DNA of 33,919 bases. Origin: Planctomycetota bacterium. GTDB taxonomy: Bacteria > Planctomycetota > SZUA-567 > JAFGNG01. The position numbers and the translations under genes are program-made. Of the stretch, positions 25,751 to 33,898 are shown piece by piece (the stretch's first letter is position 1; every line of letters starts with the position of its first letter). Under the pieces are notes generated by a model. The model was not told the origin of the DNA. It saw nothing but the letters and a program-made list of their open reading frames with translations, and did not search any database. The stretch spans positions 1 to 33,919 of the forward strand of contig JAFGNG010000085.1 of assembly GCA_016927125.1 (NCBI GenBank), given 5' to 3'.

Positions 25751-27979
25751 GTGAATAATACTATACGGAGTTTTGCATTGTCAGAATATAAACGAACCCT
25801 ACCCTGGACATTATGGATAGCCCTCCTCAGCCTGTTTGCTGCGGTAGTAATCTTTTCGGTAGTGGCTTATACCACCAATCCGGTTTTCCTGGCGGGAATC
25901 CCAGTCCCTGCGCTGCTTCTCTGGGGCCTGGCAAGGGGAAAGCGTTGGGCGTATCTTCTTACGATCGTCGTGTCGATTGGCAGTATGATCTTTGCATTAT
26001 ATTATGAATCTTCCACCGCTGCGATGTTCAGGTTTTTTACAATTTTGCCGGTCTTAATCCCGGTCTTACTTTGCACCTGGTTTTTCTTCCCCAAAACAGG
26101 ATTAGCCACCGAAACTTATCCTAATCCCCCGAATCCGGCCAGGAAGAAGCAGTTTATTTGTTGCCTGCTTGCCGTCGCCCTTTTGATTGGAGCGATGCAA
26201 ACCCTGGAGCCCACTATTACACTCCGTGACAAATACAATCTGTCCGTGAATCCTGTGAGTGAGGGGGTGCCGCCCGAGATCGTCCTGGCAACCACCTTCC
26301 TGGGTGGATTTCGCAGCATCTTTATTGATGTCCTCTGGTTGCGGGCCATGGCGATGAAGCAGGAAGGCAATTATTTTGAAATGGTCCAGCTGTATGACTG
26401 GATCACCAATATGCAACCCCATTACGCGCAGGTTTGGAGTTTTATTGCTTGGGACCTGGCGTACAATGTCTCGGTTGATTATCAAGACCTTGAAGATCGC
26501 TGGTTCTGGATCTATCGCGGCATTCGTTACCTTCGCGACAAGGGTATTCCGGCAAACCGTAATGTATCTTCCCTTTATCTCGACCTGGCCTGGATTTTTG
26601 AACACAAACTTGGCGCAACCATGGACTATGCCCACCAGATCTATCGGGTTAAGTGGTGGCGGATGATGCAGGAGGCGCTTAAAGGTTCTGGGGAACGCGA
26701 ACAGCTCGAAGCGCTGGTCGACATACCTGATGATCTTGGAGGGGTACAAAAGTATCTTAATGAGATCATGAATTACCCTGATAATACTGACACCTTGCGA
26801 CAGGACAAAAATGTTGATCAAGCCGCCACCTTCCTGACTGATAACGGAATTGATCTCTTCGCTGAATACACCGGCTTATCAGATTTCCCGGAAGAGTATC
26901 CGGAGAATGTCCAGCAATACCTCAAAACCAAGGAAGCAATCGAAGCCTTTAAGACCATTCGCCTTTACCGGATAAAAAACTGGTTGGCTAATAACTTAAA
27001 GGAAAATACTGCGCAACAGTTGATTGAGATTAAAGAGAACTTGGCGCGATTGAAGCTGGAGCCGGAACTGATGCTTAACGTTACCAAGAACTTTGGGCCG
27101 TTGGATTGGCGCGGGTGCGACGCTCACAGTATGTACTGGGTATCCAAGGGACGGGAAATTCGGGTTTACCAGTTATCCCAGAAGCAGTTGCGGGAGAGCC
27201 TTGATTACAAGATGATGGACATCAGGTTCGAACGGCGCCTGTATAACTGTATGCAGGAACTTCTCCGTCGGGGCCGCTTCATGATAACCTCTGATGGCTA
27301 CACCTACACGATTCCGGACTACCGCTTCATCGAACCTACGCTGCGATACTTCCGGAAGGTTCTGAAAGAGGTCCGGTCAAGTCGCTCGCAAGCGGGCCGG
27401 GAGCTTAATGGCAAAGGGATACAATCCTGCTACATGTACCTCCTGGAAAGATGTATCTTTATGTATTACTTCAACGGTCAGATTAACATTGCGGATCGCT
27501 ACCTTGAGTACATGCGCGAGGAAGCACCGTTAAACCCGAACTTCCAGGTTACCGCGGAGCAGTTTGTCAGGAATAATATTGCGCAATGGATTAGCGATAT
27601 GACGCCTAATCGTTATCACACCATGGTCGAGGGTATGATCCGATGGAGTTTTATTGATCTTGCCCAGGGTGATTACGCCAGTGCGGCAAACCGCGAGAAA
27701 GAGATCCACTTGCTTGAAGAATACGCCCAAAAGCGCTGGCCTTACGATCCCGAAAATAAGGAAGACCAGTTTAAATACCTTGCCCCCCTCGAAGACCTAT
27801 CCTCGGACATGTTGGTGCGGATCCTAGACGGTAAGGAACCAGGCTTTAGCCCGGCAATGCGTCAGCGATTGGAGAAGGCCTTAGGCCCAGAAAAGATCAA
27901 AAACGCCAGGAAGAGAGTCGAGCAAAAAGCCGGTTTCATCAACAATTTAAAGGATAAACCTGTAGCCACAGGGCAGTAA
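25751..27979 (+). CDS. Hypothetical 742-aa membrane-anchored protein with a large aromatic-rich helical domain
   Basis: GTG start with a weak RBS. About 5-6 N-terminal TM helices, then ~550 aa of soluble sequence rich in W/Y (WITNMQPHYAQVWSFIAWDLAYNVSVDY, RWFWIYRGIRYLRD, IYRVKWWRMMQEAL). I recognise no family. Confidence 0.7.
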   Translation: MNNTIRSFALSEYKRTLPWTLWIALLSLFAAVVIFSVVAYTTNPVFLAGIPVPALLLWGLARGKRWAYLLTIVVSIGSMIFALYYESSTAAMFRFFTILPVLIPVLLCTWFFFPKTGLATETYPNPPNPARKKQFICCLLAVALLIGAMQTLEPTITLRDKYNLSVNPVSEGVPPEIVLATTFLGGFRSIFIDVLWLRAMAMKQEGNYFEMVQLYDWITNMQPHYAQVWSFIAWDLAYNVSVDYQDLEDRWFWIYRGIRYLRDKGIPANRNVSSLYLDLAWIFEHKLGATMDYAHQIYRVKWWRMMQEALKGSGEREQLEALVDIPDDLGGVQKYLNEIMNYPDNTDTLRQDKNVDQAATFLTDNGIDLFAEYTGLSDFPEEYPENVQQYLKTKEAIEAFKTIRLYRIKNWLANNLKENTAQQLIEIKENLARLKLEPELMLNVTKNFGPLDWRGCDAHSMYWVSKGREIRVYQLSQKQLRESLDYKMMDIRFERRLYNCMQELLRRGRFMITSDGYTYTIPDYRFIEPTLRYFRKVLKEVRSSRSQAGRELNGKGIQSCYMYLLERCIFMYYFNGQINIADRYLEYMREEAPLNPNFQVTAEQFVRNNIAQWISDMTPNRYHTMVEGMIRWSFIDLAQGDYASAANREKEIHLLEEYAQKRWPYDPENKEDQFKYLAPLEDLSSDMLVRILDGKEPGFSPAMRQRLEKALGPEKIKNARKRVEQKAGFINNLKDKPVATGQ

Positions 27980-28003
27980 TAAAAGAATTAAAAGCGAAAT
28001 CTC

Positions 28004-28032
28004 TTGAGCCTTTCAATCCGGATCGGTAGAAT
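28004..28032 (+). promoter_or_regulatory. Candidate sigma70-type promoter: TTGAGC, 17-nt spacer, TAGAAT
   Basis: TTGAGC at 28004-28009 and TAGAAT at 28027-28032, in the 98-nt gap upstream of the lipoprotein gene. Sequence match only. Confidence 0.4.
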
Positions 28033-28077
28033 TCTCCCTGCAGTTTTCGAGTAGGCAACTTTGAAAGGTGAATTCAT

Positions 28078-28980
28078 TTGAATCGTCGTCTGCTTATCGC
28101 CCTCGCATTATGTATCATCCTGCCAGGGTGTGCGTTACCGTGGGGTGAAAGCGAAAGCGAGCCTCCACCGGTTCTTGACACTATTCCAGAAGCGGAATTA
28201 ATCCCCTCCCAGAGAGCCTCGGAACTCGTAAAGCTGGCGGTCGCGCCTGCCTCCACGCTTAATGGCCTGGAGATCCAGGGAAAACTAAAGGCTGAAGATG
28301 CAAGCGAAAATGATTTCAACCTCCGTTGTGTAATCCAGCTTTTGATGGAGAGGCCGGCAAAGTTACGCCTCGCTGCCACCAAGGGTTTGAATACCGAAAT
28401 CATGGATCTCTCCATGATTAATGATTCGCTGGATGTCTGGCTGCCAACTAAGAATATCCTCTATCGCGGCAGAGTTCGCGACCTTGCTACCAGCGGTATG
28501 GATTTCCATCCCAACGAGATTGTTGAACAACTACTGTTTCCAGTAGAAGAATTCAATACAATGGCATGGGGCATAGTCTCTGACACGGATGATTTCATCA
28601 TCGTAATGGAAGTAAGTTCAAATCGTTATAAAAACCGCCTCACCATTGACAACGAAACCGGTGTACTTATTAGGCGCGAGATAATTGGCCCGGATGGGCT
28701 GGTCTACCTTGAATCGACCTTTTCCAAGCACAAGGAAATCAAAAAACATCCAGAACTCAACCTCTTTCCCCATCAAGTGCAACTGTGGTTCCCCCAGGAG
28801 AAGCGCAAATTGCTCTTTTACCGGCTGAGCATCATGCCCAATCCGGACACCTCCGAAAAAGATTACCGCTTTGTCGCTCCCGAGGATGCCGTCATTAAGT
28901 CCCTTAACGTACAGGAACAGGTTGATATTGCCTCTGCTCTCCAGGAGGTTGAGGAAACTACGGAGGAAGGCGGGCAATGA
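28078..28980 (+). CDS. Lipoprotein, LolB/DUF4292-like (tentative)
   Basis: TTG start 7 nt after AAGGTG. Signal peptide with lipobox L-P-G-C (Cys18, nt 28129-28131). The mature part resembles LolA/LolB-fold proteins (LRCVIQLLMERPAKLRLAATKGLNTEIMDLSMINDSLDVWLPTKNILYRG). ATGA overlap with the next gene. Confidence 0.7.
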   Translation: MNRRLLIALALCIILPGCALPWGESESEPPPVLDTIPEAELIPSQRASELVKLAVAPASTLNGLEIQGKLKAEDASENDFNLRCVIQLLMERPAKLRLAATKGLNTEIMDLSMINDSLDVWLPTKNILYRGRVRDLATSGMDFHPNEIVEQLLFPVEEFNTMAWGIVSDTDDFIIVMEVSSNRYKNRLTIDNETGVLIRREIIGPDGLVYLESTFSKHKEIKKHPELNLFPHQVQLWFPQEKRKLLFYRLSIMPNPDTSEKDYRFVAPEDAVIKSLNVQEQVDIASALQEVEETTEEGGQ

Positions 28981-31900
28981 TTCATAAGATTCTGGCAAAA
29001 TGTGGCCATATCGCCTGCACCCAGTACCGGGCGGTTCTCTTTGCGGCTATTATTCTCACCATTCTTGCGCTGGTGCCACCCATCTTCTTTGTGGAAAGCA
29101 AGTTTTCCGCTTCGGTAAGTAAACTTCTGCCGACCGACAATGAATCCGCCAAAGCTTTTAACCGTGCCCTAAACGATTTCGGGACCGCTGATGAGGTCTT
29201 CGTCCTCTTCCGGCTGGCAGATGCCGAAGATGTAGAGGGGGTTGGCCAATATGTTGTTGAACTTGCTGATAAGTTGCGGGATTTGCCGGATTTCCAGGAC
29301 GCTTATTGCCGGACCATCCGCCCCGAGGAAAAAGGCTTTCTCGAGGATGAATTAATGGCACGCGGACTGCTTTATCTTCCCCCTGAAGGAATTGCTGAGG
29401 TTAAGGAAAAGCTTACCCAGCCGAATATCGCCCGTGCTACCAAGAAAACCTTCACCAAGATAACCAGCCCCGGACTGGATAGGATAGTTGAAGGCAAGGA
29501 ATCCCAGACATTTTTACTGCAGCTCGGCGTCGGGGAAATCTTCCAGAAGCATCTGCGGGCGGCATATAGCAATCTTGGCGAAAACGGTGATAACGGCTTA
29601 TTGGTATCTTATGATAACGGGCCGGATGATAAACAATCCGGCGGTGCAGTTATCCTGCTTGCCGCCCAACCGCAAGCGCCGGCCCAGCGCCTGGAATACG
29701 CCAATCGAATTATGGATATTGTCCGCGAAGAGACCTTTAAAATATTCGGTGAACAAGAAGTAAGTCCTGAGTGGCGAAGCCCGGTGGTGTGGTGGAATCC
29801 CTCAACCTGGAACCTGAGGCGGGAGCCAATCCAGGGTAAAATGCCCCCCGCCTTGGCCAAAAAGGTTCAGGTCAGCTTCGGAGGCGGCTATGAAGTCTCC
29901 ATGCGCTATACCCAGAATCTTTCCTCCAGCCTGAAATCGACCTTTATTACTAGTTTAATCGGGGTCCTGCTACTCTTCGGGTATTGCTACCGGCGGTATG
30001 GCGTAGCTCTCTACGTCGGGGTACCCCTGGTGATGGTGGTCTGCTGGACCATGGGCGCCGGATGGCTATTATTTGGCAAGCTGAACGTGATTTCCTGTGC
30101 CTTTGCTGCAGTTCTGGTAGGCTTGGGCGTCGATTACGCTGTCCATATCTATAACCGTTATATTGAGGAGCGCGGCGCCGGCCGGGCGGTCGAGGAGAGT
30201 TTTATTACCTCTCTCAAACAAACCGGCAGTGGGGTTGTCGTCGGGATGTTGACGACCGCGATGTCATTTATGGCGCTAATGGTAACCCGTTTCAAGGGGT
30301 TGTCGCAATTTGGCACCCTCGCCGCCCTGGGGTTGGCCCTGGCCTTACCGGCAATGATCTTTGTCCTGCCCGCGTTGGTAGTCTGGCGCTCCAAGCGCGG
30401 GGATGGCGAACATCGGCGGGCGCTCAGGTCGACAACCTTTTATCTGCCCCAACTCTCCACCTTCCTTTCCAGGTTCCCATATCTGGTCGCAATCATAGGT
30501 GTGGGGCTGGCGGTTGTTTCGGGAATCTATATCGCTTATGATCCAAGTTCCGTCCGTTTTGATGAACGCCTCGCCAGCCTTCGTCCCAGTGGGGACCCGG
30601 TCTTTAAACTTGGACAGGAAATCTCGGAACGCTTCTCCCGCAAAAGCCCAGCAAGGATTATGGCTATTATTCCGGGGAATACCGAAGCCGAGGCCATGGA
30701 TAACGCGTCCGAGGTTTTAGAAAAGCTGAAAGTTATTAAAGCCGAGGGGATCTTGAAGGATTTTGAAATCCTTAACCAGTTTATCCCATCGCCTCAGGAG
30801 CAGGAGAAGCGGCTTAAGGAAATTGCCGCCATCGACTTCGGTTTGGCGGCAAGTGAACTAAAACAACAATTGGACAAATACGGTCTTGCGGAATCAGTGT
30901 TTAAAGACGTTTTTCAGTTTTTTGGCAATCATAAGAATCTGAATGAGAATTTTCCCGTGATACTACCCACCAGCTTCAAGCATACCCCAGCTTGGCGTCT
31001 GATGCAACGGCTGGTGGGCAGGCATAAGGTCCGCTATCGGGTTGATACGAGCGAGACACCCAATGCCTGGGAGCAGCTTGCCGCTGGGAATAAATTGATT
31101 ATCTCGGAATTGCCCACTACCCGCGAGGGCGGGTATTTCTTTACCGACGGGATTCCAATAGACGCGGCCTCTATTGATTATCTCGAATCAGTTGGAATTC
31201 CTGAAATAAATCTCACAATTGAGAACAAAGAAGGCCTAGGTCAGAATGATATCAAGCGGGAAAAAGTCACCCTTGCCGAAGTGCGCAAGCTACTCGCCAA
31301 TAATCCGAAGCGGGTATATTTTGCGGGCACTGTCATGAAGAATGGCGAGCCACTTCTCAGTACCGGCATTGAAATTACTACAGACCTCCTGGTATTTCTT
31401 GATAAATCCAATTGTCGCGATGTTGGGGTTTTCGGCGAAGGTTGGAGCACGTTGGCTTATCTTTATCCCCCCGCGGATGAAACCAGTGAAATTTCAGACC
31501 AATGGATCTCATCCCTGAGAGATAATCTTGGGGAAGACAACCAGAAGGTTCTGCTTACCAGCACCATGCTGGTTGCCCATGACCTCGCCACCGTGGTTAA
31601 AGAGGATTTCTTCCATATTTCCATCGCCGTCTGCATCATCGCCGCCCTGGTGCTTGCAATCTGCTATCGGAATGTTACCCGGGTAGTCTTCTCACTTTTG
31701 CCGATTGGACTGGCCTTGTTTTATCTCTTCGGCATTATGGGCATTGCCAATATTTCCTTTAATTTTATCAATGTTTTGGTAGTTCCGGTAATTATCGGCC
31801 TCGGGGTGGATAATGGCATCCATCTGGTGCACCGTTTCCAGGAATCAAATCATGACATTCGCCCGATGGTTACAGATACCGGCAGGGCGATCGTGATTAC

Positions 31901-32084
31901 CAACCTCACCAGCATGATCGGCTTTGGCTCCCTCTGGATGGGCAGTTATGACGGCCTTACCAGCATGGGAATGCTGACCGTTCTGGGATTGAGCATGTCA
32001 ATGTTTGCTTCCCTGATTGTTCTACCAGCCCTGCTGTATGTATTCCGCGGGTTTTTTAAGAATAATTCCGCCTTTAAAACGTGA
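28977..32084 (+). CDS. RND-superfamily exporter of the MMPL/HpnN type (COG1033-like)
   Basis: 1035 aa with a duplicated architecture: TM, large periplasmic domain, then a 5-TM bundle, twice. Each TM bundle carries a paired motif: LGVDYAVHIYNRYIEE and LGVDNGIHLVHRFQES. Confidence 0.85.
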   Translation: MIHKILAKCGHIACTQYRAVLFAAIILTILALVPPIFFVESKFSASVSKLLPTDNESAKAFNRALNDFGTADEVFVLFRLADAEDVEGVGQYVVELADKLRDLPDFQDAYCRTIRPEEKGFLEDELMARGLLYLPPEGIAEVKEKLTQPNIARATKKTFTKITSPGLDRIVEGKESQTFLLQLGVGEIFQKHLRAAYSNLGENGDNGLLVSYDNGPDDKQSGGAVILLAAQPQAPAQRLEYANRIMDIVREETFKIFGEQEVSPEWRSPVVWWNPSTWNLRREPIQGKMPPALAKKVQVSFGGGYEVSMRYTQNLSSSLKSTFITSLIGVLLLFGYCYRRYGVALYVGVPLVMVVCWTMGAGWLLFGKLNVISCAFAAVLVGLGVDYAVHIYNRYIEERGAGRAVEESFITSLKQTGSGVVVGMLTTAMSFMALMVTRFKGLSQFGTLAALGLALALPAMIFVLPALVVWRSKRGDGEHRRALRSTTFYLPQLSTFLSRFPYLVAIIGVGLAVVSGIYIAYDPSSVRFDERLASLRPSGDPVFKLGQEISERFSRKSPARIMAIIPGNTEAEAMDNASEVLEKLKVIKAEGILKDFEILNQFIPSPQEQEKRLKEIAAIDFGLAASELKQQLDKYGLAESVFKDVFQFFGNHKNLNENFPVILPTSFKHTPAWRLMQRLVGRHKVRYRVDTSETPNAWEQLAAGNKLIISELPTTREGGYFFTDGIPIDAASIDYLESVGIPEINLTIENKEGLGQNDIKREKVTLAEVRKLLANNPKRVYFAGTVMKNGEPLLSTGIEITTDLLVFLDKSNCRDVGVFGEGWSTLAYLYPPADETSEISDQWISSLRDNLGEDNQKVLLTSTMLVAHDLATVVKEDFFHISIAVCIIAALVLAICYRNVTRVVFSLLPIGLALFYLFGIMGIANISFNFINVLVVPVIIGLGVDNGIHLVHRFQESNHDIRPMVTDTGRAIVITNLTSMIGFGSLWMGSYDGLTSMGMLTVLGLSMSMFASLIVLPALLYVFRGFFKNNSAFKT

Positions 32085-32245
32085 TTCCAGCAGGAACGGC
32101 ATATATTTCCGACATAACAATAATGATGTGAACTCATGGACATTGCCCATGATATTTATATAATAATTTATACAACATTGTGACAAAGAATTAAGTTTAA
32201 ACCTGTAAATGACGAATAAATTAAAAGGTTATTTGGAGTATTAAT

Positions 32246-33139
32246 ATGAAGATATGTCAAATATTAGCTTTCTCATTAATGCTGGCAATCTTTTGTTCCA
32301 GTGTGATTGCTGGTGAAGTATTTTGTGCCTTGGACGAGTTACCGGATAAAAGCCCCCCGACCGTCTTATCTGATGAAGAAATTGATAGTTATCTGACTGC
32401 CACCTTTAAGCGCCATGAAAACCTGAAATGGTTTTCTGCATTTATGACCCAAACAAAAAGCGGCGGAATTTTTAAGCGCCCGGTTGTTCAGAGTGGCGAG
32501 CTCAAGGTTGAACTCCCGGACCACATGCTCCTGGATATGTCTGAAGATGGCGTGATGATCGTCGCCGATGGAAAATACTTCTGGATTTATGACACTGATC
32601 TTGATGAAGTCGAACGCTATAAAGCCGAGCGTTGGAATACCAAGGGCCAGGCGAAAGCAGAAGCCAAAAACCTTGATATGGCTGCATTGTTACTGGGCGC
32701 TGATGTTAAAACCGTGGAAGAGATGCGGGAATTCTACAATATTACCGCCACCTTCAATAATGGGATTGTCAATTATGTCTTGTTTCCCCTGAAGGGCGAG
32801 CCGGCGGAGAGATACAGCAAGATAGAAATCTCCCTTGCCGATGATGCGCTCCTGCCCCTGCGCACGGTAATGACGGCCAAGCCCAAAGCAGGGGACACCC
32901 AGCCTCCGGCGGTAGTAGAATACCTGCTCACCGCTTTTGGTAGCAATCTTTCAGGCTTGCCCCCATTTGAGAAAACCGCCTTTATCTTCCCCTTGACCGA
33001 GGACATCGAGGTTCACGATATGGATCCTGATGGCGGCGAAACCATTGTGCCATATGAAACTGTTAAAAAAGAACTAGCTGAGCAGGCAGCCGCTTGCGAA
33101 GAAAATGAACCGGACAACAGTGTACAGGAGAGGGAATGA
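32246..33139 (+). CDS. Periplasmic LolA-like (outer-membrane lipoprotein carrier fold) protein
   Basis: GGAG lies 8 nt upstream of the ATG. Type I signal peptide MKICQILAFSLMLAIFCSSVIAGEV. LolA-like pattern FSAFMTQTKSGGIFKRPVVQSGELKVELPDHMLLDM...IVADGKYFWIYDTDLDEV. Acidic C-terminal tail. Confidence 0.65.
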   Translation: MKICQILAFSLMLAIFCSSVIAGEVFCALDELPDKSPPTVLSDEEIDSYLTATFKRHENLKWFSAFMTQTKSGGIFKRPVVQSGELKVELPDHMLLDMSEDGVMIVADGKYFWIYDTDLDEVERYKAERWNTKGQAKAEAKNLDMAALLLGADVKTVEEMREFYNITATFNNGIVNYVLFPLKGEPAERYSKIEISLADDALLPLRTVMTAKPKAGDTQPPAVVEYLLTAFGSNLSGLPPFEKTAFIFPLTEDIEVHDMDPDGGETIVPYETVKKELAEQAAACEENEPDNSVQERE

Positions 33140-33627
33140 ACGAGAGAGAAACCGCAATCCTGGCTGGTGAGTATCAAATTATTAATGCCAGCGGTAGCTT
33201 GAATGGACGGAGCTCGGAATCACAGGAATTGAAAAGCGTCCTGAACCGGGCAGGGGACTCTTTGATCCAAGGCAACTATATAATCAATCTTTCCGATGTG
33301 GATTACATTGATTCCAGCACCATGGGTATGTTTGTCCGCTTCCTCTACCAGTTGCAGGCTGCTGAGAAAAAACTTGTTCTGCTATCGCCTCCCGAATCCA
33401 TAAGCGAGGTCTTGCGGATGACTGGCCTGCAGGAATTAATGCCGATCGCTGATACTGAGGAGCAGGCTTGCGAATTGCTCGGGGTCGAGCGCCGCCGTCT
33501 GGCTGGCAAGTCAGAGGATGTGAATTATGCCCAACTCGAGAAAGAACTGGAGGAGCTGATTATCTGCTCCGGAGAATCTGGTAGCCAGAAAGAATCGCCT
33601 CAATTGCAGAAGATTTTGGGGAGGTAG
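33136..33627 (+). CDS. STAS-domain protein (anti-sigma-factor-antagonist/MlaB-like fold) with an acidic C-terminal extension
   Basis: ATGA overlap with the LolA-like gene (33136-33139). STAS core YIINLSDVDYIDSSTMGMFVRFLYQLQAAEKKLVLLSPPESISEVLRMTGL. No signal peptide. Confidence 0.8.
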   Translation: MNERETAILAGEYQIINASGSLNGRSSESQELKSVLNRAGDSLIQGNYIINLSDVDYIDSSTMGMFVRFLYQLQAAEKKLVLLSPPESISEVLRMTGLQELMPIADTEEQACELLGVERRRLAGKSEDVNYAQLEKELEELIICSGESGSQKESPQLQKILGR

Positions 33628-33729
33628 TTATTGGAGAACTTGTCTAAGACATAACCTGAGAGATATATCTAACACACGTTAAATTTAGAAGATATGACCT
33701 AAAAAATCTTTTTGTTTTGCGGTTTTCAC

Positions 33730-33758
33730 TGGACATGAGGCGCTGCAATTAGTATATT
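33730..33758 (+). promoter_or_regulatory. Candidate sigma70-type promoter for tRNA-Asn: TGGACA, 17-nt spacer, TATATT
   Basis: TGGACA at 33730-33735 and TATATT at 33753-33758, about 30 nt upstream of the tRNA 5' end. Confidence 0.45.
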
Positions 33759-33789
33759 ATGCAAGCTGTTAGAAGAGGTAAAAACTTAT

Positions 33790-33865
33790 TCCCCTGTAGC
33801 TCAGTTGGTAGAGCAATGGACTGTTAATCCATGTGTCCCAAGTTCGAGTCTTGGTGGGGGAGCCA
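33790..33865 (+). tRNA. tRNA-Asn (anticodon GUU), CCA encoded
   Basis: Folded by hand. Acceptor stem TCCCCTG/TGGGGGA (two G-U pairs). D arm GCTC-AGTTGGTA-GAGC. Anticodon arm ATGGA-CTGTTAA-TCCAT (GTT at positions 34-36). Variable loop GTGTC. T arm CCAAG-TTCGAGT-CTTGG. Discriminator G plus CCA. Very similar to E. coli tRNA-Asn. Confidence 0.95.
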
Positions 33866-33873
33866 AAAATCAT

Positions 33874-33898
33874 ACGCCGTCCAATGGGCGGCGTTTTT
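33874..33898 (+). terminator. Rho-independent terminator downstream of tRNA-Asn
   Basis: Stem ACGCCG (33874-33879) pairs with CGGCGT (33889-33894). It is extendable by CC/GG pairs in the loop and is followed by TTTTT. Confidence 0.7.

Noticed and set aside
26102-26821. A 239-aa minus-strand ORF, the longest antisense ORF in the window.
   Set aside because: It lies entirely antisense to the 742-aa plus-strand gene. That gene has coherent TM helices and continuous coding character. The antisense translation has no recognisable motifs, signal or RBS, and looks like a shadow ORF.
15566-27979. Reading the SPFH/ABC block as an anti-phage defence system.
   Set aside because: I recognise no nuclease, helicase, methylase, TIR/SIR2, protease, reverse transcriptase or other defence-effector domain. 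There are no mobile-element neighbours, and every product is an envelope or transport protein. An envelope-homeostasis role is more parsimonious, although it is untested.
22884-33139. Interpreting the ABC ATPase, permeases, LolA-like protein and LolB-like lipoprotein as a canonical LolCDE-LolA-LolB lipoprotein-sorting pathway.
   Set aside because: The permeases carry ABC-2 (NosY-like) N-terminal motifs, not the FtsX/MacB-type architecture of LolC/LolE. The LolA-like gene is also paired with an RND/MMPL exporter. Only an analogy can be proposed, not an orthologous Lol system.
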